Below, one piece after another: positions 12,317-25,600 of a stretch of DNA of 64,000 bases. A program made the position numbers and the translations under genes. The stretch comes from Octopus vulgaris (Eukaryota), in the NCBI GenBank assembly GCA_951406725.2, contig OX597814.1, positions 90,644,001-90,708,000 on the forward strand, written 5' to 3'. A model generated the notes under the pieces. It saw nothing but the letters and a program-made list of their open reading frames with translations. It was not told the origin of the DNA and ran no database searches. The first letter of the stretch is position 1, and each line of letters begins with the position of its first letter.

Positions 12317-14377
12317 TCTGTAATTGCGTGTCTCTATGAGTGTGTACCTGTATATGTATGTATGAGTGTATCAGCCTCGGGAGTATGAAGTCGGAAGACT
12401 GTCAGGGGATGCGTCACTTTTTGTTTAATCTCTTCAAGTCACTTTGCGTTCAATTTATATTGAATCTATTCCCCCTCTTATGCATTTGGAGCTGGCTCTC
12501 AATTGTCTTTACATTGCCTTTTAGTGATATTTTTATTTACAAACCTGATACGTTGTAGTTGGTGAATTGGGCTTCCATCTTTGTGTAGAATGTGTCGAGT
12601 ATCCAATAATTTCTTGATTTTGGTCTGCACAATCCTTCATTGGAAGTTAATGCTATATATCTATCGGAATTAATCAGCTGCTTCAGCTATTAATTATGGA
12701 ACACGTTAAGTCCAGATCCTATCAATTCGTTTGTGCATTTCACTGTGTTAATGAGTTCCTTACCGAATATCTTGCCTCATACTTGTCCTATTATTTAAAA
12801 ACGTCCTTTCTATTACTGAACGGTTGTATATTTTTATGAATCTCCATCTGTGATGTTAAATGCTATAACATTATATGTTGTTAATGCGTTAGCAGAAACT
12901 CTTCGTATTTCGGTCAATTACTTTACTTTCCCAGATGTGTCTTATTTTCCAGCATTTCCTGCTATAATTAGCTTTCGGTTCGTCGTGCATATTTATTTTA
13001 GTTGCCATTTCCTTTTTCACATTCACATTCATTAAGCTAGAAAGTGTCTTACTTTTATGTTAACCTAAAGTGACACGTTTTCTGATTGACTTGCAATGGG
13101 GATTTGTTCAGGATTTAACTTCATTGCAAACAGATCCATTTACGCTCACAACTATCAATGCCCCTGAATGGAATGTATCAACCATTCTGTTGATATTCTG
13201 GCACTATATTATCATCTGTATGTTTTCTTGCAGGGTCGTACTAAAATTATTCATTTGTTAAGTCGCTTATTTGATTAATCCAAGCGTGGATGTTTATGTT
13301 GATCATTTTTATTAATTTTCCAATGTGTACTTACCTATATTCCGTATTATTCATTTTAGACACTCTGATATATTTTGACGTATAATCTGTTTATTGTGGC
13401 TCTGCGGTATAGGTTGCAATTTTGGTGTCTCTGAGCATTTCGCCATGTGTTTCTACACGTTCTCCTAAACTATCCATTGTTTTTATCGCATTTATTTATT
13501 CATGTTTCTTTCTGTTTTTGATTTTATGTAGTACCCTGTTTGTGAGGAGTATTCTGTACTTATAATTGTATCCCTTTAACATCTCATATATGACTCATTT
13601 AAGCTGTGTGAATATCTTGGCTATATATCTTTTCCATGTTTGGTTCTGTTCCGATGATTTTATGATCTGTGATGATTCACTTATCGTTTTTTTTTTTTTA
13701 TAAATATTTTCAATATGAATCCTGTCTATGAGTTTGTCAATTTTAATGTTCTGGGATCTTGCTATTGTTTATCATAAAACACTATACATTGATTAGTATG
13801 TTTTCACTGATTCTATATAATTTTTTTCTGCATAACATTAATGTCCCTTTCATAATACTTCCGTGATTTGAATACGGTGATGTTTGCAGTACGCATGCAA
13901 TGCCCTACAATACGTTACTTTTTATTATATGTGCATCATTCAATTTGAATTTCGATTTGTTTTCATATTATTTCGCTGGCATTAAGAGATGGGCGTTTTT
14001 GTTCGAAGACAATCATTTGAGAAGGGAGTGCAGCGGCGTTTCTAAAGACATAGAGAGTTCTTTTGGTGCAATAAACGCTATAAATGCTCTAAGTGACATC
14101 CTTCATTGATTTTCTTTCTGATTGATTTATAATTAAACATAATGAATTTGTTCCCTACGTAGCGTAGACTTATTTGAAATCTTTCAGGTGGGTTTGATAT
14201 TGTTATTAACAGGAACATGGATTGTCAGAAGCAGTGGGTCGTCGGACAATATGGTTAGCGATATTACTTCTGGATCCCTATTCATTAAAAATGCTAAAAT
14301 ATTTTGTAGTTGTAACAGTGAATGTTTCCTTTTTTATTCGCCCTCGTATTCAGTTATATATTTCCAGATATTACATA

Positions 14378-14759
14378 GTCGTAGGAGTGGCTGTGTGGTA
14401 AGTAGCTTTCTTACCAACCACATGGTTCCGGGTTCAGTCCCACAGCGTGGCAACTTGGGCAAGTGTCTTCTTCTATAGCCTCGGGCCGACCAAAGCCCGT
14501 CGTATATATGTATCTATATATATATGTACGTGTGCGTATATGATTGTGTTTCTGTGTTTGTCCCCCCAACATCGCTTGACAACCGATGCTGGTAGGTTTA
14601 CGTCCCCATAACTTAGCGGTTCGGCAAAAGAGACCGATATTATAAGAACTAGGCTTACAAAGAATAAGCCCTTGGGTCGATTGGCTCGACTAAAGGCGGT
14701 GCTCCAGCATGGCCACAGTCAAATGACTGAAACAAGTAAAAGAGTAAAAGAGTAAAAGA
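14378..14759 (+). mobile_element. tRNA-derived SINE (family A)
   Basis: A-box tggctgtgtggta, B-box ggttcagtccc, an internal TA/TG tract and an (agtaaaag) repeat tail. Homologous copies occur at 22607, 27270, 52935 and 63590. Confidence 0.9.
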
Positions 14760-14799
14760 AGTAGGCCTTTTAAAACACACAACATCATCCATTTGGATA

Positions 14800-17000
14800 C
14801 TTTTTCGATTAGGAGGCATTTCTTTTCTGGGTTGTCCTTGTTAATCATTCAGTTTTCATTTTGAGTTCTATACTTCTCAGTAATGTTATAATTTTTAATG
14901 TATTATTGATTATATCCTTCATGCTCCAACAGTTTCTTCACATATTGTCATTACATTTATTTTGTTTACAGTTTCTTTCGGCTTTCCATTCGTTTCATAT
15001 TTTGTAATTTTAACCTGTTTCTTGTTTGTTGACTTCCTTCCCTGAAGACAGAAAAATAGTGTTTTGATTTTTTTTCTACATTTGTAATTAATTGTATGAG
15101 TCTTCATTTATTATTTACAAGATAGTTTCGAATTCTACAGCTTCAGAAAACGCATTAATTCCTTGTATTTGTTGATACTTACTGATGTCATGTGCAATGA
15201 ATCTGTCTATTAGTGTTTCTATCCTACCCATGACTAATGTTTCCTGTTTCGATATGTAGGGAACATTATTAAAATCATCGGATAATTTATGGTTAGCATG
15301 AAAAATCTTCCACTTTCTACATCTTCGCAAATGGCTTTATTGATTAACATTTAACTTTTCACGACAATGTTAGCATTTGCTACACTGGTAATTGTTTATT
15401 TTGTTCTGATGTTTATTTGTTGTCTGTGATAATCCCCTATCTTCAAGTTAGACGTTTCTATAGTTTCGAAGGTTATATAGCAAGGCGGCGAGCTGGCAGA
15501 ATCGTTAGCATGCCGGGCGAAATGCTTAGCGGTATTTCGTCTGTCGTTACGTTCCGAGTTCAAATTCCGCCGAGGTTGACTTTGCCTTTCATCCTTTCGG
15601 GGTCGATAAATTAAGTACGAGTTACGCACTGGGGTCGATGTAATCGATTTAATCCGTTTGTCTGTCCTTGTTTGTCCCCTCTGTGTTTAGCCCCTTGTGG
15701 GTAGTAAAGAAATACATATAGCTTTCTCCTCAAATCAGGCAGTTAGTATTTTTGGAAACAGCTCTTCACATTCTATGTGTTATTGTTAAATATCTCAACC
15801 GAGAATGTAAGTTCTTATATTGTTTCTAATTTTCTAGCACATTAAGTGTACATATAGCCTGTCATGTTAATATAAGAGCTTTAGTTGTCGTTTTGAACAA
15901 ACCCGTTTAGCGTGATTCTTCCACTGCCTATATCCTCTAAGGGATACTTATTCTTCTTGCTGTTGATATTGTGATGATTTCTATTTTATTTCATCAAGTT
16001 CTTAATGATGTCATTTTATGTGAGAATCGGACTGATTAATGCAGCTTTTGAAATTCATTAATATTTTTCTATTTTGTGTTTTAGCTTTACTGGGGTCGTT
16101 TGTCTACCTTGGTTTTAAATTTCCGTTTCAAGTTTCACTTTCAAATGTTATAAATTATGGAAGGCTCTCTATACATTCTTTCATTTAATAAATTTTTGTG
16201 CTCCATGTTATATGACTGTGTTTTGGATTTCTACATCGTTAGTTCTAAAGAAATATCTATTTTCCTTTGTAAGTACTGTGAGTGTAGCACATATTCTTAC
16301 TTTTAATCTGGTAATATTGATGGTACAGTCTGATATCATTACGTCTGTGTAGATCACGTGTTCACTGATCGTTCTGTGGCTATAAAACTTCAAGTGTTAT
16401 CCTTTGACATGTATTTTCATTCATTTCCTTGAATAACAGTTTTGTTTTTATTTTTGATATTTCATTGTCATTTTCTCGATTTTTCTCGTTCTAAGCTTCT
16501 ATTCTCTAAGTTTTCTCCTGTTCGTTTTTACTCATATTTTTGTTTGTGTGATTTCACCTTCGATTTTCATAAGTTTCTATCTTGTACATACTATTTCATT
16601 TGCATTTGGATTTTCGTAACAAGTGCTATATTCGTAATTTACGTTCTCAATATCTTCATATTTGTTGCTTTGTATTCGTTTCTAGTGGTTATATAAATAT
16701 TCACAACTTTAAGCGGTCTGTTTTAATTTCTGTTATATTATATTCGCTTCGAGAATACGCTTTCTTAAATCAGCATTTATTACTTTACTTTAATGTTTCA
16801 CTATCAATTACTAGAGGAGGGAAGTCCGCCTCTATATTGAAGTTGTCTTTATTTTCATTGGGTATCGGTTTATTTGTTTCTGGATTCTGATGTTGAGTTT
16901 TGTTCTTATTTTTCTTATACTTCGATGTTTCAAAACTCAAAATACGCATTTTTCTTTATACAATAAACTGGATGTTATATATTATTTATTTTTTTGTTTT
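14800..17000 (-). mobile_element. Degenerate LINE remnants
   Basis: Short minus-strand ORFs contain LSDDFNN (GDFN-like) and HVIYTDV (IYTDG- or YADD-like). The minus strand is A-rich and coding-like. Confidence 0.3.
15484..15712 (+). mobile_element. tRNA-derived SINE (family B), near full length
   Basis: Head ggcggcgagctggcagaatcgttag, B-box gagttcaaattcc, and core gcctttcatcctttcggggtcgataaa. Many copies occur in the window. Confidence 0.9.
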
Positions 17001-17559
17001 TACATTATTTATGGTGGTACATAATTCAGCTAATATTCATATCAAACATCTCCGGTTATTTGCTTAGAAATGATATGAGATTTTCGGCTAATATGAACAT
17101 ATTTAATAAGTTAGTTATATGATGAAATGAACAATAAATTTTAGAAGTATTATCGACAATACTTTCCATCAAAGTTTTAATAATTTCTTTCGATTAATTA
17201 AGTATCCAATATTTTGATGTTATAGACTGAAGATATTGTGTGTGTGCAGTAGGTTTGCGCTGTCTGTCAAGTCGCAAGAACCTCAGATAGACTGTACTTT
17301 ACACAGTGTGCGCGCAGTTCCAAGTAAAGCCGACTTTTGCAATACACAAAGATTATAGAATTTTTCTAATTCTTCAGATGTTTCTTCGGGTTGTGTGGTA
17401 TCGAACCCACTGATCCGATGACAACAGGAACAGCCTTTATATCTGACCATACTCCGCATGTCGCTGGAGATGTCATTAAAATATTAGCTGTATAAGTCCC
17501 GTAAATTAAGGTGGCACTTTATTTTTATATATCGTGTATACATATATTCCTATTTACCT

Positions 17560-18120
17560 ATCATTTTTATTCTTATCATTTTCAAACAATTTTTTGGCTG
17601 GGGACTCACTATACTTAGGGCACCAACAATTTTTGGAACAATATACACTTTTTTGATTGACCACAGCTTTGTGATGTTGCGTCTCAGAGCCTCATGTTGA
17701 GTCAGTTTTACTGTTTTCGATGACCCCTCGGTTACTAGTGGAAACGATATCTATGATCAGATACGCTATTTCGTCCTTGTCTGACAGTATAGAATATCGG
17801 CTTTCCGATGTAGGATAGTATAACCACATTGGAACAGGGTGTCAGAAATGATCTTACTGTGTCATTTTCTATCACTCCCATTGGCTCATGCTCCAACAAT
17901 TTTCTTGATTTACATTCCAAAAATATGCCCTTAATTATTATAATTCTTTTAACTCAAATTTTGTTGGAACTATGTGAATCTTGCACAAGTGACGGGCTTG
18001 CAAGCTTCAGCCTACGGTACCATGCTATCTCTTTTCTTCAACTATCATATACTTTCTTGCTGACTCTGGCCATGCTAATTAAGCACACTTAGTGCAACAT
18101 ATCTACTGGACCATCTGTTC
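17560..18120 (-). mobile_element. R4/Dong RLE fragment, decayed
   Basis: The minus ORF reads EHEPMGVIEND..RKP-like, paralleling [12 protein letters not shown] of the intact copy. A VGAL-like segment lies near 17620. Confidence 0.65.
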
Positions 18121-18405
18121 TATTTTCTTTATATCTCTCTAAATACACTCTGATAATTGACACTATCTCCATCTTTTTCTCTTTCCACAGCTGAGGTGTC
18201 ACATATGTAAGAGGACTGAGTCTATTTATTCGCCTCTTCTTAGTTATCCGTATATTTTATATTGTTTCTCAGAATTCTCGATCTTACTTGCTCTGGTTAA
18301 TTCTGTGAGAACAGGCAGCAACCTGTTGTCAACGATCTCACCGACTCTCTCAGGGTCTCCTTCTAGGAAGTATAAGACCTGGAAGCTACTTGCTAAGTGT
18401 GTTGG

Positions 18406-18492
18406 AAGATACTTAACACAGAATTACTAATCTCAAGATACTTAACACATAATTACTAATCTCAAGATACTTAACACAGAAGTACTAATCTC
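18406..18492 (+). repeat. 29-bp tandem repeat x3
   Basis: aagatacttaacacagaattactaatctc is repeated three times with single changes. Confidence 0.95.
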
Positions 18493-18499
18493 TATTGCT

Positions 18500-19000
18500 G
18501 TCCCTAATAGAGAAGGTTTTGAGCATGCTCTAGTCCCATCTTAATTTCAATTTTTCCGACATTCTTCCCGAACCTAGATGTTAGTGCTCCGAGTACCGCT
18601 ACAACTACTGAGATGACAGTTACTCTTTTCATTACCAACATTTTTGCAATTTTGCCTTTTAGTAACTTGTATTTCCCCACATTTTCCAGCTCTTGTCAAC
18701 CACACGTGCGTTCCCAGGTATGGTAATATTTATAATCTTAGTTTCCTTTTACTTATATCTACTACAGCAATGTCTCGCCTTCGAGCATCTACTAAAAAGT
18801 CACATGGAATAGTAAAGCCCTACAAGATTGTTCCCAGAGACACTTCCTTGTTCATATTTGTATATGTTTGTACCATATATGTGTCTTTCCAAGACAGTAA
18901 TTCTCACACAAACTCCGGTGAACAAACTTAGCCACGTTATCGTACCTCCTCCTGTATTTATTTTGAACCAGTGTGGTGCACTGGAAGTGACAGTATTTTA
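18500..19000 (-). mobile_element. R4/Dong CCHC-RLE fragment, decayed
   Basis: The ORF reads CTTLVQNKYRRRYDNVAKFVHRSLCENYCL..WYKH (RHD motif region). A downstream VVAVLGAL segment is present. Confidence 0.7.
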
Positions 19001-19130
19001 TCCTTGCAAACGAGCGCGGAAACACGACAGCAAACCAGCCGGCCAACAACGCCTGCATGCAACGACGAACCGCGAGCAAAATGCGATGTCGCCGAGGTCG
19101 GTTGCTAGTATGGTGAAGGCAAATGCTACT

Positions 19131-19234
19131 GTCTTCTTCTTCTTCTTCTTCTTCTTCTTCTTCTTCTTCTTCTTCTTCTTCTTCTTCTTCTTCTTCTTCT
19201 TCTTCTTCTTCTTCTTCTTCTTCGTCTTCTTCTT

Positions 19235-19265
<31 letters not shown>

Positions 19266-19310
19266 TTGTTATTATTATTATCATTATTGTTATTGTTGTT
19301 GTTGTTGTCG
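19131..19310. repeat. (TTC)n-(TTA/TTG)n compound microsatellite
   Basis: Direct reading. Confidence 0.95.
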
Positions 19311-19389
19311 TTACGCTAATGAAGACGTAACAACAACATGTAGAGGTTATTTTATCTTCAGTTTAGGTGACAACAAATCTCCATAAATC

Positions 19390-19955
19390 CCAAGAATTTT
19401 TTTAGAATTCTTGCCGAATATAGGATGGTAGTTTCTGAAGTTCAGCAATGCGGGATACAATTCCGATTTATTTCGGTCCTTTATGAAACATCTTGTGTGC
19501 TGTTTCAAGTACACCTACTACTACAGGAAAATCGTAGTCTTTGTCTTACCCAGTCTCCTCAGCTCTCTGGTTAACCCCTAGAGTTTCTCAGTTTTTATTT
19601 TGTTTGTCTTTTTGAACTCACGTACTAGACTTCATCCCAATGCACTCCTTTGCCTATACATTCATGTCTGCGTTTGCATTCCTTCTGTGCTAGTATACTG
19701 CACTCATTCAACATGTGATTGATACTTGTCTCCTTTCTTGTAGATTCCATACTTGCAGTCTGACTGAGTTTTATCGATCTTTGCCTTGATCGGATTTATT
19801 ATTAGAGCTTCTTCTTGAGGAGATATAATTAACGCTTCCGTCTCTTATTTCAAGTTCCCGTCTGTTTGTCAACCAAATGTAGCAGGTTTCGCTTTCAACA
19901 TTTTCGATTTGTTGCAAGAATTGGTCATGCAGTTCCAGTTCTTTCCATTTGTTCA
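19390..19955 (-). mobile_element. R4/Dong fragment, decayed
   Basis: Reads NKWKELELHDQFLQQIE..YIWL..ETEA, then a CK..C...ETSINHM..C knuckle, then FPVVVG. Confidence 0.75.
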
Positions 19956-19964
19956 TTTTGTTGC

Positions 19965-20128
19965 TCTTCTTCTTCTTCTTCTTCTTCTTCTTCTTCTTCT
20001 TCTTCTTCTTCTTCTTCTTCTTCTTCTTCTCCTCCACCTCCTCCTCCTCCTCCTTCTTCTTCTTCTTCTTCTTCTCATTATCATTGTTATTATTATTATT
20101 ATTATTGTTGTTGTTGTTGTTGTTGTTG

Positions 20129-20213
<85 letters not shown>

Positions 20214-20220
20214 CATTATT
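19965..20220. repeat. (TTC)n-(TCC)n-(TTA)n-(TTG)n-(TTA)n compound microsatellite
   Basis: Direct reading. Confidence 0.95.
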
Positions 20221-20299
20221 AATTTATAGTTTTCATCAGCAAAGACAGTAGTATTAGTTGTCGTTTTAATCACCTCGGGACGTACGATTTCAATTTTTT

Positions 20300-22440
20300 T
20301 CCCTTTTATTGATGAATATCTATGGAAACCGAACCTTTAGCTAACAAATCGGGGAATCTGATATATTTCTCTCTCCATTTAGCCACTTTTATATGTGCAA
20401 ATGAATCTCTACAACTGTAAGACCTTTTGAAATATCGCAGTTTTTTTTTCTTTCTGGAAGTGACTATATTTTTAAGCAGTTTATCCATTTTAAATAATTC
20501 TACAGCTTTCAATCTGTATGAAGTTTTTGAAATAAATGTCGTTGCTGCACTCCCAAATTGTAATATTTCTCTCGCTGTTGGTATTGCATTAATTTCAATC
20601 TATTTGTCTTCGAATTCTTCTAAACATTGTTTTAGACTGTTCTCGAATGTTTGATTTTCCTACAACTAGAAGATATTTATGATCAAAATTCTTTAGCTAT
20701 TTTCTTAAAGCATTCTTTTTACTGTTTCCTTGTTATGGTGTATTTTACTAAATTTTGCTAGAATTTATTTCTCTTTCTAGATTCTCGTTTCCGTTTTTGA
20801 TTTCAATGTCTGAGAGGAAATTTTAAAAAACTTTTATCTTTCTCTCAATATATTTATTTTCAACGTCTGTCTTTTGATTTTTATGATTTTGTGGATAAGT
20901 ATTTTAGTTTTGAAGAAGTGCCTACGCCCATTTGTGCTTCTTCGGGATGTATTTAAAACTATATGGGTTCTTTGGAACAAATCTTTATAAAGTCTGTTTT
21001 CAATACATTTCTCATACAGTGATCTAGATTTAATATTGTTTCTGTTTATTTTTTTTTTTTTTATCCTTGAGTGAATCTAATATTGGTCAATGAGTTTTAT
21101 ATTTTAAACGTCTCTTTTTAAAATGTTTTATTATTAATATATCCATTGCGTTGATTTCCTTCATATTTTGTCTGTTTCTGCTGTTGTCGGGCATCGTTTT
21201 ATCTTTTATGCTTTGATTTTACATTCATTTGCTATATAACTTGCTTATTTACCTTTTCTAAATTTATCTCCGTGATTTGCCTTCTTACTATTTATGGTCT
21301 TAATGTTTTAATTTAATTTTGCCCACTTTTTTCTTTGTACCTTCTCTTTTTTAAATATATTTTTTGTTGAATATCACATCAGTTTTAAGAAAGTATATTT
21401 ATTTCTTTATGCCCACAAGGTGCTAAACATAGAGGAGACAAATAAAGGGATTAGGTCGATTACATCGACCCCAGTGACTAACTTGTACTTATCTAATCGA
21501 CCCTGAAATGCAAAGTCGACCTCGGTGGAATTTGAACTCAGAACGTAATGACAGACGAAATACCTATTTCTTTACTACCTACATGGGGCTAAACATAGGG
21601 GGGGGGGGTGGCAAACACGGACAGACAAATAGATTAAGTCGATTATATCGATCGCAGTGCGTAACTGGTATTTAATTTTATCGACCCGAAATGATGAAAG
21701 ACAAAGTCAACCTCGGTGGAATTTGAACTCAGAACGTAACGGCAAACGAAATACGGCTACACATTTCACCCGGCGTGCTAACCTTTCTGCCAGCTTGCCG
21801 CCCTTTAGAGAAAGTATATTTTAAACCTAACTAGGTTAATGGAAACTAAAGTCACGTTTTACGATTTTATCTTTTTTTTTTCCTTTCCAGTTAGGTTGTG
21901 CTCACATTTTAATAGCCTCATTTTTATGTAGTATTTATTCGTGAACCTTAAATGTTGTGGATATATGTCATACTTGTCTTTTTTTCTTAGGTTTTCTACA
22001 TTTTATGAGAATTTGAATTGTAAAATTAGCCATCTTTAGATTTCAAATAATTTTATCGATTATCAGTATGCATTATTTTGCGCAGAAGTGTTTCATATTT
22101 TTTTCTCTGAAATTTGAAGTATGCATTTCATTGTCAAGTGTTTTGAGTTATACCATTTTCGTAATTATATCTGTTTTTTGCTTGAAGTATGTAGAACAGT
22201 TTGTGCGGAGATTTTCAACGCATTACTTATTAAAATAATAATATCCAAATAGTGAGTTAAGGGTTTACTTGCACAAGTAACTGTACATATTTCGGTTATC
22301 TTTTTTTTCATTTTTATCAATACTTCCTATAAAATGTTCGTAGCCTTATACTGAAGCGTAGATATCAATAGCTTCTATCAAAATTTTGTTGGTATTTCCC
22401 AATGCTGTCATAATATGAAGGGGAGGAAAATTATATTCTG
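20300..22440 (-). mobile_element. Ancient LINE remnant with RNase H-like end
   Basis: ORF 20306-20512 ends ..FPDLLAKGS (AD.LAK.G-like). The minus strand is A-rich and coding-like throughout, and is interrupted by a SINE. Confidence 0.35.
21398..21802 (-). mobile_element. SINE family B with a tandemly duplicated 3' half
   Basis: Reverse complement of the 15484 family. The block aaagtc.acctcggtggaatttgaactcagaacgtaa occurs twice (near 21515 and 21705). Confidence 0.85.
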
Positions 22441-22606
22441 TCAGGCGGGCATAAACTTCAATTTTAGGTAAAAGTAAGCAGCATCAGGGAGAAGGTTATT
22501 CAGAAGTATAACATTATCGTTATAACCTGACAGAACAGACTTGTTCGCAAAATTATTCTAGGATGAACACCCTCTCTTTATTTGAGGCATTACTCTCTCT
22601 TTGCTA

Positions 22607-22794
22607 TTTTACTCTTTTACTTGTTTCAATCATTTGACTGTGGCCATGCTAGAGCACCGCCTTTAGTCGAAGAAATCGACCCCTAAGACTTATTCTTTAT
22701 AAGCCTAGTACTTATTCTATCGGTCTCTTTTGCCGGGGACGTAAACACAACTGCATCGCTTGTCAAACGATGTTGGGGGACAAACACAGATACA

Positions 22795-22835
<41 letters not shown>

Positions 22836-23021
22836 CTATATATATATATGTATATATACGACGGGCTTCTTTCAGCTTCCATCTACCAAATCCACTCATA
22901 AGTCTTTGGTCGGCCCGAGTCAATAGTAGAAGCCACTTGCCCAAGGTGCCGCGCAGTGGGACTGAATCCAGAACCATGTGGTTGATAAGCAAGCTACTTA
23001 CCACACAGCCACTCCTTCGCC
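22607..23021 (-). mobile_element. tRNA-derived SINE (family A)
   Basis: Reverse complement of the 14378 family, with internal (CA)n(TA)n. Confidence 0.9.
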
Positions 23022-23184
23022 TATGTTGTTTTTTTATGATATTGTAGGTGATTTGAGGGAGGCTTTTGCTGTTAATTCTAAGAAACACGGTAATCACAAA
23101 TGTTTAATCTTTTGGTCGCTTTTTAGATTTTCATTGATCTGATTTGTATAAGCAATATTTGTAGTTAGACTCATTGCTCATATC

Positions 23185-23621
23185 TGTCACATGCCCCGGA
23201 AACACGTGAGGTTGATACTATTATTCTTCTGTGCAACTGATTTACCACGACTCCTACAGGAAACACACTTGTACGGAAGGAATTTAAAGAGTGAATATTC
23301 TGGACGAGGGAAAGCAAGACATAGATCACTGCAGAATGTATATAATAGGAGTGATGAAATAAAAAAAAGACTAGATAGTTGATAGAACCAGAGTACAGGC
23401 AAGCATATCGGAGGAACAAAGACCATTATGGAATGGAAGAGAAAGAGAGAGAGAAAGAGAGATAGAACCAGAAAGAAAGATCGTGCGTAAGAAAGAGACG
23501 TGAGGGATATAACATGTCTGTGAGCTAAAGGCTTGATATATCCATGAGGAAGCTTATGTTAATCAATTCAATGACCTTAATCTTAAAGATGTCACGTGTG
23601 TATTTTACTGTAGCCTTAGCA
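23185..23621 (+). mobile_element. Solo LTR
   Basis: Begins TGT and ends GCA. It is flanked by a perfect 5-bp duplication ATATC (23180-23184 and 23622-23626). Length is 437 bp. Strand is tentative. Confidence 0.65.
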
Positions 23622-24384
23622 ATATCTGAGATGTAAGAATTTCATCTGTTTGTAAGTTGTACCTGAGGAGTGGGGCGAAATATGATTGATGTACTCATTA
23701 CAAGAAAAATATGGTTAAATATTTGCTAGTTGTTACAAGATTTTTGCAAGTAAAGAGAAGAGTAGATTTATTTGCTAGAGTGACGGAGAATCTGGGCGAA
23801 TTTAAATGGAAGCTTTTGTAGCTGATGTTATAGTGGAGTAGTAGAGCAACAGCAAAACTATTATCTCCGTAAGCGCTTTCACTAAGTTTCAGAGTAAAAT
23901 TCTTCGTCCCCAGCTTTAAGTTCTCTGCTGTCTTTATTGTTTTGCTTGTTCATATCTTATATTCATAATGTAGGATCCTTTCCTCTTACTGACTTAATAC
24001 TTGTTTTTACACATTAATTTTTCATGTTTTTGTAGTTTTTGAGTTTTTTAAGCTGTCGAAACTTCATCCTACAAATATGTGTCTAATGCTTTGCTCAAAG
24101 ACAACACGAACTGTTTTCTCTTATCATAATCAAATTTTGTAGAGATTTGTATTAGCTTGATATTAGTAATTTGAATTTTTCTGTGGCACTATTTTGTAAA
24201 CAGTGTTGCTATAGAATCCGTGCGTTGATCTAATAAAATTTCCAGTAGTTTATCAACTGTAGCCTACAGCTTAACGACATGTATAGACGCAAAATTATAG
24301 ATGAATGCTGCCCATAGTATATATAACTAATTCCTTATTCGCTTAAACTATCGGTTGGAGACAGTAAAAAATTATCAGCGAATA

Positions 24385-24406
24385 AGGATAATGGTAATAA
24401 AAATAA

Positions 24407-24442
<36 letters not shown>

Positions 24443-24464
24443 CAACAACAACAACAACAACAAC

Positions 24465-24518
<54 letters not shown>

Positions 24519-24582
24519 TATTATTATTATTATTATAAATGATAATAATATTAGTGATAATGATGGTGATGATAATGATAAT
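24385..24582. repeat. (AAT/AAC/GAT)n microsatellite
   Basis: Direct reading. Confidence 0.95.
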
Positions 24583-24594
24583 CATGCTGCAAAT

Positions 24595-24960
24595 TGGAAA
24601 CCAAGATAACGCATATTGCCATACCTATGGATGTAGGAGTGGATGATAAAGAATGTGAAAAGATTGAGAAGTATAATCACTAAAAGATGAGATTGCATGA
24701 AATATAGGCAATGAAGAAAGAGTATTTCATTTCAATAAGTTGCAGGGGCACTGGGAGCATAAATAATCAGGCTTGAGAAATTTATTGCACAAACTGGGAT
24801 TGACATGAGGGTGGAAGGTGCTCAGAAAAATGCTTCATTAGGGACTGCGAGGATTTTCAGATTGGTACTTGGCTGTTAAGTGTCGTGGAAGAAGCTCGTG
24901 TGAGACCCTTGGCAAAAATATGTCGTTCGCTCTTACAAAATTATACGGAGAAAATGAAAT
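24595..24960 (+). mobile_element. R4/Dong 3' fragment
   Basis: Reads IAIPMDVGVDDKECEKIEKY..EI..VAGALG..AQKNASLGTARIFRLVL. It starts immediately after (AAT)n. Confidence 0.75.
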
Positions 24961-25079
24961 TGCAGCAACAACAATAATAATCTTCGTCTTCTTCATTGGA
25001 CACACAACCTCACCACATATATATAAAACAAATTTCCACGAAAGGTTTTTTTAGTTTTTAAATATTTTACTTGATACAA

Positions 25080-25600
25080 ATGTTGGATTTCTTCAAACGA
25101 GAGATATTGGAACGTTTTAACATCCATTTTGTTGTCACCTTAGGCTAGAGAATCAAATAATTGTCATATCGAATGTGGTTGAGTAAACAACTTTTACAAG
25201 TTCTTTACGTTGTCTTGTTCTTTTGGAGAAAATAGAAAAGTTTGAGACACAAAGAAAAGACAACTCTATATAGAAATAGTTGATTAGGGAAAAATAACAG
25301 TTGCACTGAAAGGTACAGTAGTAAACTGATATTCACAGATTGGAACTGGCATATATTACCAGCGTAAGCAACACCAATGTTTAGATATTTTCTGCTAGCA
25401 GGTAAGTCATAAAATGAATCGTTATTCAGAGAAAAAAATGGAGAACGGTATGTTCCTAATAACAATGTTTCCAAACTCAAAACGTTGTCGATGAAATGGA
25501 AAGCAGAGTATGGGTATACCATTTCTGCAAAATGTCTTCAAAGGTGGAGTTTATATGATCTCAAAAGAGGTGCTTGAAGAAGCTCTGGGCAATGACTATC
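25080..25600 (+). mobile_element. Possible Merlin (IS1595-like) transposase relic
   Basis: Frameshifted motifs VALKGTVV / IFTDWNW / PNNNVSKL / WKAEYGYTISAKCLQRWSL resemble GT.I.TD.W, HTN.IE and YHG.S...LQ.YL. Confidence 0.35.

Larger units (their letters stand above)
9000..13900 (-). mobile_element. Ancient long LINE remnant (ORF1 knuckle?, APE, RT; I/Nimb-like), interrupted at 11408-12320
   Basis: Minus-strand motifs in the expected order: TLQE near 13230, SDRYI near 12660 (SDH-like), DYVLALSLVTCLSKIM near 10780 (YRPISL..C.SK-like), LFIIY near 10370 and YIADN near 10270 (YADD-like). Confidence 0.5.

Noticed and set aside
18406-18492. 29-bp repeats resembling a CRISPR array
   Set aside because: The units are directly adjacent with no spacers, the context is eukaryotic, and there are no cas genes.
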